DNA of 63,863 nucleotides, filler included, from Thraustochytrium aureum (GCA_012862495.1; 5 parts of 3 records of this genome joined end to end with filler, not necessarily neighbours in it), one strand, 5' to 3'; positions 34,039 to 46,600 are shown, counted from the whole stretch's first letter. Notes: generated by a model from the sequence alone, not told the origin. Numbers and translations: made by a program.

Positions 34039-36032
34039 CTAGCGCGAGCCCGAGGCCACCGATTGGCCCTTGCTCGAAGCGCCCAGCACCCCGAGCGCTG
34101 CACCGAAAAGGAGCTTCGCGGAGGCCAGCACAGCTGTCACGGTGGCTAGCACAAAAACCGAGACGTCCACCATCTTTGCCTTGTACCAGGGCCAGGCCAG
34201 GTCTTTTGTCGTGAGATGCGAGAGCCCGAGCCCCGTCGCTGCGTTCTCAACAACCAGGGCGGCGCGCGCGGCCCCGCCAGCGCCGGCGAGGACCGGCGCA
34301 AGGTGAGCAAGCTCCTCCCGAAAGGGGTCCCCTGCGCTAGAGTGCAAGTAAGCGCGACCTCCTCGAGGTCGATGGCGCGCACGTTGCTCCTCTCCATCGA
34401 AACGCCCACGCCGGCATCCACTACGCGCGCCGCCACGTCGTGCTGGTCTCCGAAAAGTGGCACGCAAAAGGGAACCACCTGGGCAAGGATGATCTCCTGC
34501 GCAGCGGCAAGGCCACAGTGCGAAATCGCCACCGATATCGCGGGGTGTCCCAATACACTGACCATCGAAACCTCGACGTCCCGTTCAAGCGCGAAGAAGT
34601 GTGGCACAACGTCAGCCGCGTCAGCCGCGTCAGCCGCGTCGTCGGGGCCGTCAAACTCGGACTCGGCGTCGCTGGCGGGCCCGCCGACCCTGCCCGAGCA
34701 GATGACATCGTTGCCCCCGTCGCTGTTCTCGAATGCGCAGTGCTTGAAGTAAGCGCGGAGCACGTCGTCGCCTGACCGACGCAAGCGGCGACGCAGGAGC
34801 TCGAGGACAGCCCGAGCGCTCACCGTCCCCGTCACAAACGCGCCGTGCGGCTCCTTGGACATGATCCAAAGCACGGCAAAGCGCCTGAGCCCTCTGACAA
34901 TCGCCTCGAAGAGTTCGGCGTCCATGAGCCCGAGGGAGCCGAGCGAGACCGCGACGACGGGTTTTCCGGCGCTCGCCTGGGCGTCCAGCCACTGCTGCGC
35001 AGCGCTTGGCGGACCCCATGCTGGAGACGCTTCAAACCTGCCAGCGATCAGGTCCTCGGCCGCTGCCGCTCCGTGCGGGTCGATCAGCGGACCGACGTAC
35101 TCAACGACGGGATGCGTGAGCCGAGGGTACTCAAAGCCCGGCGCCGTGTCCACAATGATGCGCTTGCCCTGGAAAATGGCGTGCTGGGACAAGTACGGCT
35201 CCAGACCGAAAGCCGCACGTAGTTGGTTCAGCTGGGCAAACTCTGGGGTCAGCGCGATGGCCATCAGCCGCGGGTACACCACGTTAATGCACCGCTGCAG
35301 AAGCGACATCGACCGGGGCAGCCCAGAGCCCCAGCCGGGCAAATGCGCACTAGCGCTTGGGAAGGTGTCCTCCAAGCTGAAGAGAAGCGTGGGGCTGTGC
35401 AAGACGAGCTCAATGCCAAACAACTCGGCCACTTCGACGGCGCCGACGGCGCCAATGTCCGCGAGGATAACGTCAGGCCGCCACCCGGCTCGATTGTTCT
35501 CGGCTTCGCCGTGGCCCTCCTCTGGCGCCTCTCGATCGTCAAGCACCGGGCAGCGGATGCCTTGCGCTGGGCTCGCGCGCTCCATGAACTTGCACAGGGC
35601 GGCGGCGGTGGTTCGCGCCTGCAACAGGTACAGATCTCGCAGCATGCTCCACATGGCGCTGTGCATCGCCGGGTCCTCCAACACCTGCGCAACGCGCTCT
35701 CGAATCGCGGTCGGCGCATGCACGAGCCTCCCGAGCTGCACCACGTCGTCGCAGCCTGCAGTTTCCCAGGCCGTGCCGCAGCAGGCCGCTCCAGGGCCGC
35801 CCCACGCGCATCCATGCTCCACCACCCACGGCAGGCCCTCCGCCTGCGTCGCCACTTTCACCCGATGCCCGCGCCGGGCAAGCTCGCTGGCGACCTCCAG
35901 CACGGGCATCAGGTGCCCGCGCAGCACGGCGCTCGCCACGACCAGCACGTGGAGTCCCGTGCCGCGCAGCGGCAAAGACATCCAGGCGGCCACCATCATC
36001 AAAGCCCCGGCGCCCAGGCCAAGCCTGCCCAT
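34039..36032 (-). CDS. UDP-glycosyltransferase (GT1, UGT-like) with signal peptide and C-terminal TM helix; frameshift near 34350
   Basis: RGHLMPVLEVASELARRGHRV, PDVILAD, FEYPRLTHPVVEYVGPL, VVAVSLGS, signature VLGHPAISVAISHCGLAAAQEIILAQVVPFCVPLFGDQHDVAARV, then WPWYKAKMVDVSVFVLATVTAVLA in ORF 34039..34467. Confidence 0.92.
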
Positions 36033-37206
36033 ACCGCATGCGCGAGGCAACCAAGCAACCAAGCAAGCGAGCACGCACGCACGCAGGCAGGCACGCACGC
36101 AGGCCACGAGATCAACTCGATCGAAGGCATCGATCGCATCGTGGACTCATCAGCGGGCGGGCGCGCGAATTGCGGGTCGTGCATGCGGTGGAGTCCACTT
36201 GTCCTGTTCTCGCCGGAGACGCTCTCGNNNNNNNNNNNNNNNNNNNNNNNNNNNNNNNNNNNNNNNNNNNNNNNNNNNNNNNNNNNNNNNNNNNNNNNNN
36301 NNNNNNNNNNNNNNNNNNNNNNNNNNNNNNNNNNNNNNNNNNNNNNNNNNNNNNNNNNNNNNNNNNNNNNNNNNNNNNNNNNNNNNNNNNNNNNNNNNNN
36401 NNNNNNNNNNNNNNNNNNNNNNNNNNNNNNNNNNNNNNNNNNNNNNNNNNNNNNNNNNNNNNNNNNNNNNNNNNNNNNNNNNNNNNNNNNNNNNNNNNNN
36501 NNNNNNNNNNNNNNNNNNNNNNNNNNNNNNNNNNNNNNNNNNNNNNNNNNNNNNNNNNNNNNNNNNNNNNNNNNNNNNNNNNNNNNNNNNNNNNNNNNNN
36601 NNNNNNNNNNNNNNNNNNNNNNNNNNNNNNNNNNNNNNNNNNNNNNNNNNNNNNNNNNNNNNNNNNNNNNNNNNNNNNNNNNNNNNNNNNNNNNNNNNNN
36701 NNNNNNNNNNNNNNNNNNNNNNNNNNNNNNNNNNNNNNNNNNNNNNNNNNNNNNNNNNNNNNNNNNNNNNNNNNNNNNNNNNNNNNNNNNNNNNNNNNNN
36801 NNNNNNNNNNNNNNNNNNNNNNNNNNNNNNNNNNNNNNNNNNNNNNNNNNNNNNNNNNNNNNNNNNNNNNNNNNNNNNNNNNNNNNNNNNNNNNNNNNNN
36901 NNNNNNNNNNNNNNNNNNNNNNNNNNNNNNNNNNNNNNNNNNNNNNNNNNNNNNNNNNNNNNNNNNNNNNNNNNNNNNNNNNNNNNNNNNNNNNNNNNNN
37001 NNNNNNNNNNNNNNNNNNNNNNNNNNNNNNNNNNNNNNNNNNNNNNNNNNNNNNNNNNNNNNNNNNNNNNNNNNNNNNNNNNNNNNNNNNNNNNNNNNNN
37101 NNNNNNNNNNNNNNNNNNNNNNNNNNNNNNNNNNNNNNNNNNNNNNNNNNNNNNNNNNNNNNNNNNNNNNNNNNNNNNNNNNNNNNNNNNNNNNNNNNNN
37201 NNNNNC

Positions 37207-37638
37207 CACGTCGAGCGCCACGGCCTCTTCGGTCCGAGGCGCCACTGTCAACTCGGACAGCCCCAACTTTGACGACTGGAAAACCGACGTCAAGGTGAGC
37301 GCGGAGAACGGCATCGACTTCTCGGACGTCTCGTTCCGCGACGCCGAGTCGGGCTGCGGCTCGGCCGACCAAAAGTGCGCCTGCGTTCTCTGGACAACAA
37401 GATCTCCATCACGGGCCAGGGCACGAGCTTTGCTCCAACGGGGCTCATCTTCACGTGCAACGTCAGCGTGAACAAGGTCCCGTGCACCATCGAGGTCAGC
37501 AACCCCGTGAGCAGCAGCAACAGCATGAAGCTGAGCTGCCCCGAGGTGGGCAAGACCAGGTACAAACTCGTCCACAACCTGCCCGAGGACGGCCACGACA
37601 TCAAGGGCAACGCGCTCGTGTTTCGCGCGGATGAATAG
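37207..37638 (+). CDS. 3' part of a hypothetical small beta-rich protein (5' in gap, frameshift near 37372)
   Basis: Strong GC3 codon bias. Joined reading: PNFDDWKTDVKVSAENGIDFSDVSFRDAESGCGSADQKVRLRSLDNKISITGQGTSFAPTGLIFTCNVSVNKVPCTIEVSNPVSSSNSMKLSCP...FRADE-stop. Confidence 0.6.
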
Positions 37639-39212
37639 CGCTGCGTGCGGACTGACATTGCTTGTAAATAATCAGGGTGTATTTCAACAGAAAGTAGAAT
37701 CATTTATTACTTCCACGGATNNNNNNNNNNNNNNNNNNNNNNNNNNNNNNNNNNNNNNNNNNNNNNNNNNNNNNNNNNNNNNNNNNNNNNNNNNNNNNNN
37801 NNNNNNNNNNNNNNNNNNNNNNNNNNNNNNNNNNNNNNNNNNNNNNNNNNNNNNNNNNNNNNNNNNNNNNNNNNNNNNNNNNNNNNNNNNNNNNNNNNNN
37901 NNNNNNNNNNNNNNNNNNNNNNNNNNNNNNNNNNNNNNNNNNNNNNNNNNNNNNNNNNNNNNNNNNNNNNNNNNNNNNNNNNNNNNNNNNNNNNNNNNNN
38001 NNNNNNNNNNNNNNNNNNNNNNNNNNNNNNNNNNNNNNNNNNNNNNNNNNNNNNNNNNNNNNNNNNNNNNNNNNNNNNNNNNNNNNNNNNNNNNNNNNNN
38101 NNNNNNNNNNNNNNNNNNNNNNNNNNNNNNNNNNNNNNNNNNNNNNNNNNNNNNNNNNNNNNNNNNNNNNNNNNNNNNNNNNNNNNNNNNNNNNNNNNNN
38201 NNNNNNNNNNNNNNNNNNNNNNNNNNNNNNNNNNNNNNNNNNNNNNNNNNNNNNNNNNNNNNNNNNNNNNNNNNNNNNNNNNNNNNNNNNNNNNNNNNNN
38301 NNNNNNNNNNNNNNNNNNNTCGCCAGCTAGTAGAGATCTAGCTATAGAAAGCAACTCGGGCAGAGCTGACGAGACAGATCTCGCTGCGGCGAGTTGATCG
38401 TTCAATGATGAAGCGCGATGACGCAGTTCGCAAATCATTCCTAGTTCTGGCCCTGCTTCCGCCGGTCGCATCGTGCGACCCGGACTCGACCAATCCCGTT
38501 CTCGCTGCTCGTGGCATTGTGTACTGAAGTGCGTGAGGCTCACGAGTTTGCTGGCCACGCAAAGCGAGGTCGCGTTCTGCTGGCGCCTCGCAACCAAAGT
38601 CGTTCATGAGCAAGTAAGGTCGATCAGGCATTCGTCCTCTTGGTCAAAAAGGCTATAAAGAAGTGCGAGGCTCGACAGAGTCGACACCCGCGGGAGACCG
38701 GAGAAGCAGGAGGTGCGACCTGGAAACGCCAACAACACTTTGCTGTCACCATGAATGGTGATTCATGTCGGGACCGAGTCTGTGCGAGAGCGTCGACAAA
38801 TCGCGACGGCTGTGCTCCGGCGTCGCTGTCCTTCCTCCGTGCGCTTCGTGAGGACATTTGCGGGCCAACCCCACGACAGCTGCAAGCCCACGAGACGCAA
38901 GCGAAACTGCACAATAACGGAGAACGGGGTTCAAGTACATGCAGATCACAAGCACGAGAAAAGCCTTGCTCGTGGGTTCAGCAAGACAATAAGAGCACAG
39001 TAGCGCCGCTGTTCGTTCAATGCGACAGCGCTTTTCCGGTCGAGGTGCAATCGAAGCGATCACTCGAGCACGGCGTGGGAACTGACGGTTCGCTGGACAA
39101 CGGGCGAAACAGCTGGAAGAAATGGAAAGAAGAGAGTTCTGAGTAGGTCCGCGGCCCTCCTCGCGCGCGCGACTGGGTGCAACGCACGCCCCTCGCTGAT
39201 TCATCAGGTGAG

Positions 39213-40280
39213 TCAGTTGCACATGATCGAGCCGCTCGCGAAAGGGTTTTCCGGAGTGGCCTGCGCTGGCGGGTTGGGCGCAAGCTGGACGTCACCGTCG
39301 TTCAGGTACAAGATGAGCGAGTTGATGGACATGGTTCCCGGGTATTCGGAGTCCTCAGAGGGATTCGCGGCATCCGGCCCGTCCATGGAGACTGCGAAAT
39401 AGCCTTGAAATCCGTACTCAGTGCCGTACGAGTTCTTGACGATCCAGTAGCTCGTGGCGTCATCCCCAGTATAGTTGAAACCAACGATCAGCACAGCGTG
39501 ATCGACTGAACGAGGCGACTGAGGCCACTGCGCCTCTGTGTAGACCCCACACTTGTAATCAAAAGATTCGCCCGGAAAGTTTATCATAACCTGCGCAGGA
39601 CCGTACGCGACGAGAATTTCGCGCAAACGAGAATTGGAGACCTGCGACTCAATTTCCAGCTGCGCTGAGATCGATTGGCAGGCTCCTTGGGGCTTGGGGT
39701 TCGGGCAGGATGCAGCAGGATTATCCAAGGGCCCCGAAGAGTCTTCGTTTTGTGACGCAGTCAGAGGCATCTCTTCGTAAGTGGGCACCGAGGATTGGGC
39801 GATAAACTCGTGCATGCGCACGATCGTGTCGATCGACGCGCTATTGCACGTGCCGATGTCGCCGCACTCGAGCGCGAACTGCGCGGAGAGGTCGAAGAGT
39901 TCATTCAACTGGAGTCTGCATCTGGCCGACCACATGTCGAGACCGCTAACAGCGTAGCAGTCGTTGCACGATCCTTGGTTTTTGACCGGGGTGGCAAACC
40001 CGGATTCCACCCAGTTGATGTACCTACTGCCTTCGCGTCCAGCGGCCGCGCGAAGGTGGTGGCGCTTCTTATAATGTTTTTTCAGTTTCGCTTTGCTTGG
40101 TGCAATGACACCCTTCTGGTGGCGACGGCGCTTCCGACGCGACTCCTCCAACGCAGACTCCACGCTCTCGCGCAGGGTGTCCGCGCTCTCCAACGCAGAC
40201 TCCACGCTCTCGCGCAGGGTGTCCGCGCTCGCGCCGATCGCGGCGACGAGCAGCAAAACGAGAATGTTGGTCGCTCGCAT
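39213..40280 (-). CDS. Secreted papain-family (C1A) cysteine protease
   Basis: Signal peptide, INWVESGFATPVKNQGSCNDCYAVS, DLSAQFALEC, YGPAQV, YKCGVY, VDHAVLIVGF, YWIVKNSYGTEYGFQGYF. Confidence 0.93.
   Translation of the reverse strand: MRATNILVLLLVAAIGASADTLRESVESALESADTLRESVESALEESRRKRRRHQKGVIAPSKAKLKKHYKKRHHLRAAAGREGSRYINWVESGFATPVKNQGSCNDCYAVSGLDMWSARCRLQLNELFDLSAQFALECGDIGTCNSASIDTIVRMHEFIAQSSVPTYEEMPLTASQNEDSSGPLDNPAASCPNPKPQGACQSISAQLEIESQVSNSRLREILVAYGPAQVMINFPGESFDYKCGVYTEAQWPQSPRSVDHAVLIVGFNYTGDDATSYWIVKNSYGTEYGFQGYFAVSMDGPDAANPSEDSEYPGTMSINSLILYLNDGDVQLAPNPPAQATPENPFASGSIMCN
40146..40229. repeat. Perfect 42-bp tandem duplication in the protease pro-region
   Basis: CTCCAACGCAGACTCCACGCTCTCGCGCAGGGTGTCCGCGCT twice, encoding SADTLRESVESALE twice. 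Confidence 0.92.
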
Positions 40281-41902
40281 TGTTGTCGTTGGTTGCTTGC
40301 CTTGGTGGTCAACGCTTGCTTGATCTTGAAGAAAATGTGCCCAGGCGTGCTTCTTGAGGCCCGATGAGTTGTGGCTCTGCTGCCTCGACCCGAGTTGGCG
40401 CCAATTCTAGAGCCCTAGGGAATGCAGTCAGTTGCCGAGGAAGCGGTAAGCNNNNNNNNNNNNNNNNNNNNNNNNNNNNNNNNNNNNNNNNNNNNNNNNN
40501 NNNNNNNNNNNNNNNNNNNNNNNNNNNNNNNNNNNNNNNNNNNNNNNNNNNNNNNNNNNNNNNNNNNNNNNNNNNNNNNNNNNNNNNNNNNNNNNNNNNN
40601 NNNNNNNNNNNNNNNNNNNNNNNNNNNNNNNNNNNNNNNNNNNNNNNNNNNNNNNNNNNNNNNNNNNNNNNNNNNNNNNNNNNNNNNNNNNNNNNNNNNN
40701 NNNNNNNNNNNNNNNNNNNNNNNNNNNNNNNNNNNNNNNNNNNNNNNNNNNNNNNNNNNNNNNNNNNNNNNNNNNNNNNNNNNNNNNNNNNNNNNNNNNN
40801 NNNNNNNNNNNNNNNNNNNNNNNNNNNNNNNNNNNNNNNNNNNNNNNNNNNNNNNNNNNNNNNNNNNNNNNNNNNNNNNNNNNNNNNNNNNNNNNNNNNN
40901 NNNNNNNNNNNNNNNNNNNNNNNNNNNNNNNNNNNNNNNNNNNNNNNNNNNNNNNNNNNNNNNNNNNNNNNNNNNNNNNNNNNNNNNNNNNNNNNNNNNN
41001 NNNNNNNNNNNNNNNNNNNNNNNNNNNNNNNNNNNNNNNNNNNNNNNNNNNNNNNNNNNNNNNNNNNNNNNNNNNNNNNNNNNNNNNNNNNNNNNNNNNN
41101 NNNNNNNNNNNNNNNNNNNNNNNNNNNNNNNNNNNNNNNNNNNNNNNNNNNNNNNNNNNNNNNNNNNNNNNNNNNNNNNNNNNNNNNNNNNNNNNNNNNN
41201 NNNNNNNNNNNNNNNNNNNNNNNNNNNNNNNNNNNNNNNNNNNNNNNNNNNNNNNNNNNNNNNNNNNNNNNNNNNNNNNNNNNNNNNNNNNNNNNNNNNN
41301 NNNNNNNNNNNNNNNNNNNNNNNNNNNNNNNNNNNNNNNNNNNNNNNNNNNNNNNNNNNNNNNNNNNNNNNNNNNNNNNNNNNNNNNNNNNNNNNNNNNN
41401 NNNNNNNNNNNNNNNNNNNNNNNNNNNNNNNATCAGCGAAGAGACCTGTTCTGCTCTGGCGCACCACCGTCTGCGGCCTTCGACCGGCCGCCCCATCATC
41501 ATTGGCAACGGTAAAAAGCGAAGAGAGAATTGGGCTTCATGGGCATCACGCAAATCTTTGAAAGTCCTCTTTTATGGTGTCGAATCAAGCGTGTCCCCAG
41601 ATCCCGTATCATTGCGCCGCAAAAAAACGAGAACAGGTGTTAACCTAACTGAAGAGAGCTAGACCTAACTGAAACAAATTCCTGTTTATGGTGTCGCGCA
41701 AGTGGGCGGCGGTGAAGACGCGCGGCGGGCAGGACGCGGAGGACAGCGCGGCAGGCGAGCGGGCGAGCGCTGGGGCGCGCGTGGAGCGCCGCGGAGGAAG
41801 CTGTCACGGCCGATTTGTGCTCGGCGTGGAGCGCGCTGCGGCGGCGGTGATTCTGGTCCAAGAACGAGGGATTTCGGCCCATCGGCGGTGATTTGCGGCG
41901 GG

Positions 41903-42821
41903 ATGGCGCGTGTCATGGGGCGGCTCGCGGCCTCGCGGGCTGTGTTTGTGGCTCGATGCGTTGGCCCGAGGAATGGCGGCCTCGGGATGGTGGCGAGGAG
42001 GCGCGCGGGATGGGATGGCGGCGCTGCGGGCAAGGCTGTTGGCGCTTGGGGCGTGCCGGACCTCGGCAGCCGAAGAGCGTTGACGACGGACGGCACCGTC
42101 GAGGCCGTGGCCAAGGTGATCGCGGAGGCCGACCCTGATACGAGCAAAATGGGCTGGTACCCGACGGACCTGTGCGTCTCCGGTATTGACGCGATCCATG
42201 CGACGACGGGGCTGCCTTGGTGGGCGTCCGTCGTGGCCATGACCTTTGCGTTTCGCGCGGCCGTGCTGCCGCTCAACATCAGGCAGATGCGCAATTNNNN
42301 NNNNNNNNNNNNNNNNNNNNNNNNNNNNNNNNNNNNGACCATGTTCTGGTCCCTACTGCGGATGGCCGAGGAGTATCCTCGTTTGCAAGGGGGGCACGCT
42401 CTGGTTCACCAACCTCAGCGAAGCGGACCCCACCTACGGCCTCCCCGTGCTCTGCGGCGTGTCGTTCCTGGCCATGGTCGAGCTCGGCCAGGCGGACGCG
42501 CCGCCCACGAATGACGAGACCGCGAACAGAATGAAGATGGTGATGCGGGGCATGTCGCTTGTCATGCTGCCGATCTCCGCCACGCAGCCTGCTGCCGTTG
42601 TGGTGTACTGGGCCACGACCAACTTTGCGAGCATTCTCCAGACGGGCATGTTCCGCGTGCCTGGCGTCAAGAAGCTGCTTGGAATCACCTTGTTGACTGA
42701 CGCGCCGGCCGGTGGCCCGATCCCGATGCCGCTGCAAGACGTTCCCAAGGACAAAATCTACGCGACCGACCCGACTGCGAGCTCTAGAGAGCGCCGGAAA
42801 ACCCGCCGGGCGACGCGGTAG
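41903..42821 (+). CDS. OXA1: Mitochondrial Oxa1/YidC-family membrane insertase; internal gap and frameshift near 42390
   Basis: Arg-rich presequence, IHATTGLPWWASVVAMTFAFRAAVLPL, GGTLWFTNLSEADPTYGLP, PAAVVVYWATTNFASILQ. The COX18 paralogue is not excluded. Confidence 0.88.
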
Positions 42822-42832
42822 CATCGCGGCGC

Positions 42833-42906
42833 CAGTCGGCGGGATAGGCTTTGCTTTGAATCGCGCGGGCAGTCAGCGAGATAGGCTTTGCTTTGAATCG
42901 CGCGGG
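42833..42906. repeat. 37-bp tandem repeat, two copies, abutting a gap
   Basis: CAGTCRGCGRGATAGGCTTTGCTTTGAATCGCGCGGG twice with 2 mismatches. Confidence 0.88.
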
Positions 42907-43640
42907 NNNNNNNNNNNNNNNNNNNNNNNNNNNNNNNNNNNNNNNNNNNNNNNNNNNNNNNNNNNNNNNNNNNNNNNNNNNNNNNNNNNNNNNNNNNNNN
43001 NNNNNNNNNNNNNNNNNNNNNNNNNNNNNNNNNNNNNNNNNNNNNNNNNNNNNNNNNNNNNNNNNNNNNNNNNNNNNNNNNNNNNNNNNNNNNNNNNNNN
43101 NNNNNNNNNNNNNNNNNNNNNNNNNNNNNNNNNNNNNNNNNNNNNNNNNNNNNNNNNNNNNNNNNNNNNNNNNNNNNNNNNNNNNNNNNNNNNNNNNNNN
43201 NNNNNNNNNNNNNNNNNNNNNNNNNNNNNNNNNNNNNNNNNNNNNNNNNNNNNNNNNNNNNNNNNNNNNNNNNNNNNNNNNNNNNNNNNNNNNNNNNNNN
43301 NNNNNNNNNNNNNNNNNNNNNNNNNNNNNNNNNNNNNNNNNNNNNNNNNNNNNNNNNNNNNNNNNNNNNNNNNNNNNNNNNNNNNNNNNNNNNNNNNNNN
43401 NNNNNNNNNNNNNNNNNNNNNNNNNNNNNNNNNNNNNNNNNNNNNNNNNNNNNNNNNNNNNNNNNNNNNNNNNNNNNNNNNNNNNNNNNNNNNNNNNNNN
43501 NNNNNNNNNNNNNNNNNNNNNNNNNNNNNNNNNNNNNNNNNNNNNNNNNNNNNNNNNNNNNNNNNNNNNNNNNNNNNNNNNNNNNNNNNNNNNNNNNNNN
43601 NNNNNNNNNNNNNNNNNNNNNNNNNNNNNNNNNNNNNNNN

Positions 43641-46600
43641 CGCCCTCCGGTTTACCCGCGGATGGTGCAGAAGACGAGCCGAAGGAAAACCCTGACGAAG
43701 GCTTTGACTCAGACGCGGACGGGGCGCCTCCGGACGAACCCACCAAAAAGCGGAAATCCGCCAGACGCGCTCGCTGGCTTGCCACCCTCCGGCCCTGCAG
43801 CCGCCGATTGCGAGGAGGTTGCGCCAAAATTGAACCCACCTGACGTCGGTGCCTTGGTCTCGGCGGACGACGCGCCGAAAGCAAACCCGCTCCCAGTCGA
43901 ACCGAACGGCGCGCTAGGCGCATTGCTTTTCTCCTCGCTTTTCGAACCGCTGTCCGCCGAAGCGCCAAACGTAAAGCCGCCGCTTGAAGGAGCGGCGTTC
44001 TTGCTTGCTCCACCGTCGCCGCTTGAGGAGCCGAAGGCGAATCCGCTGGGCTTGCTCGGCTCGGTGTCGTTGGCAGCGACAGCCCCCGCCCCGTCTTTGG
44101 TCTTGTCACCAGCAGCGCCAAAGTTGAACGGTGTGCTGGACGACGTCGAGGGAGACGCGCCAAACGTGAACCCACTGCTGGTTGGCTTCTTGCCAGCTTC
44201 TTCAGTTCCTGCGGCAAAGGCTGGCTTGCTCTCGCTCGCCTTTGCGCTCGACCCAAACTGAAAGCCGCCGCTGGCCGGCGCGGCGGCAACGGGAGTAGGG
44301 AACGCCGAACCGCTCGAGCTGCCGGACCCGCCAAAGGGACTCGGTTCTGTCGACGACCCGCCGCTACTACCAAAGCTGAACGGTGCCGGCTTGGAACTCG
44401 CTGGCTCGGTCGCGCTCGTTTTCGCAGAGGCACCGAAGGAAAACCCGCCGGTCGCACTGCTGCTGCCGCTGCCTCCAGAGCTGCTCGAAGACCCGAACGA
44501 GAACCCGCTGGGCGCGGACGACGATTTCTCTTTATCGTCCGTCGAAGGCCCGCGCCGCTTGCGCGGCTGCTGAATCTCCTCCTCCTCGTCGTCGTTGTCG
44601 TCCTTGTTGTTGACGTCGTCCGCAGCAGGTGCAGGTTTCGCCTTGCTCGGCGTCGACCCGAAAGAGAACGGCGCCGGCGCCGGCGTGTTCGATCCAAACA
44701 AACCGCCCCCGGACTTGCTTTCACTAGACCCTTCGGGATCTCCTTTCTTCGCAGGGCTGCCAAAGGAAAACGGCGCTGGCGACGACTTGGACCCGCTCGA
44801 GCTCTGCGCCGTACCAAACGTGAAGGGCGTCGAGGGTGCAGCGTCAGGCGCTTTGTCGACGCCAAACTTGAAGGGCGTGGCACCGGCGCCGGTCGAGCTT
44901 CCTTTCGAAAAATCGAACGCTGGCGGCCCAGTGGACGCCGGTGTTGATGACGTGCTTGTCCCAAACGAAAAGCGAACCTTTTTCTCCTTTGGAGACGAGA
45001 GCTTGGCTGGCGTCTCAGAGCCCGACTCTGTTTCGGCACTCGCACCGATTCCTGCGGGCCGCGGCGCTTCGCAAGACGCGCACTTGTCCCATACGTTCTT
45101 GTTCTTGACCATGCAAACGTCGCACTTCCACATATCTTTAGGCAAGGCAAACTTCGCAAAGAAAGCGGACTGGGCGGGCAGTGCTTCAGGATTACTGCCC
45201 GCGGCGGCTGGGCGCAGCTGCGGTAGTGGTGTGGCTTCCACCGAGCCAACGCCGGCCGGCCGGGGAGCCTCGCACGACGCACACTTGTCCCACGCGTTCT
45301 TGTTCTTGACCATGCACACGTCGCACTTCCACATGTCCTTCGGCAGCGCGAATTTCGCAACAACGATGACTGTTCCGGTAGTTGCGCCGGCACTGGCTCC
45401 GGTGTCGACGCTGCAGGAGGAGCAACAGCGGCTTTCGTCGCGGCGCGCAACGGCATCGCCGACTCTGGGACGGGGCGGTCAAAGTTGAACCGGGCCTCTC
45501 GAGCAGCACTCGATGCGAGCACGGCGGCTCGATCGACAGAGCCAGCCGGGCTGACGCCCACAGGTGGCGTAAAGACAAAGCGCCCGTTGACACGCGGTCC
45601 CGAATTTCGCACAGCGGACGGCGTGGGCGGCCAGGCGGACGCCCCGTTGGCGAATTGCCCACTTGCGGACAAGGTCGCAGATGCCGATTGCTGGGCGGCG
45701 GCTGAGGAATGGGTAGAAGCGTGCTGATCGCTCCTCGGCCGGGGCACCTTGGAGCGCTCGGCCTCTTCGTTCGGGCTCCAGCGCGGCTGGGGCGGTGCAA
45801 TCCCGTTGCTCGTGTCCGAAAAGTCCTTCACCGCGGGCATGGCCAGCCGCTGTCGCTTCAAGGCAGAATGCGCTTTGTCCTGTTCGTTTGCAAGTGCACT
45901 CGGCCTGGCGATAGACGTGCCTACCTCGAACGCAGAGCTGCTCACCCTGGGGGGCGCCGGAAGCGAGGCAGATGGCATCGGCGCCTCCTCGCGGTAAACA
46001 TGCGGCGCCTGCCCAAGGCGAAAGACGTTTGAAGAACGCGAAGCGGTTACCAGCGACGGCGTCGCCCAGGACGGTGGGCGGCGCGCCCGCACCTCCTCGA
46101 GCGGCGTCGACATGCGCCCGAGGGTCCGCAGAATTCTCTCAGCAACGTCTGTCTGTCCCCTGGCCTGCGGCGTTGGCGTCGAGTTTTGCGCGGGCGTCCA
46201 CTGCCGTTGTTGCCACGGCTGCTGGGAATGCTCTTGGCGAGACTGAGGCTGCTGATACTGCGACGGTCCTTGCTCCTGCCTCGCCAGCTGAAACGAGGAC
46301 GGGCGGGAATGGTTGTGCGAGCGCTGGAAAACAGGGGTGGCCCCTTCTAGAGACCGGTCCGTCACGGAAGGGCTTGCAAAGGTGCTACCGCCAAGGTTGC
46401 GCCGCTTGCCTCCCTGCGCGCTCGGCCACTCGAACTCCACTGGCCGCTTCCTTGAGCCGATTGGCGAGCTGCGCGCCTCGCTCGCGGCACCGAAGGGGAG
46501 CGACTGCGAGGCTCTGCTGGGGCTAGCTGGCAGCTCGAGTGCGTTCTGGACCACGGCGTCCTCCATGCCTGCCGAGCTGCTTTCGCCTTCGTCGTCACTC

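Noticed and set aside
38320..39146. ORF 38640..39146 and neighbouring ORFs
   Set aside because: Atypical codon usage and no family resemblance.
42833..42906. CRISPR-like 37-bp repeat
   Set aside because: Units are directly adjacent with no spacers, there are no cas genes, and the context is eukaryotic.
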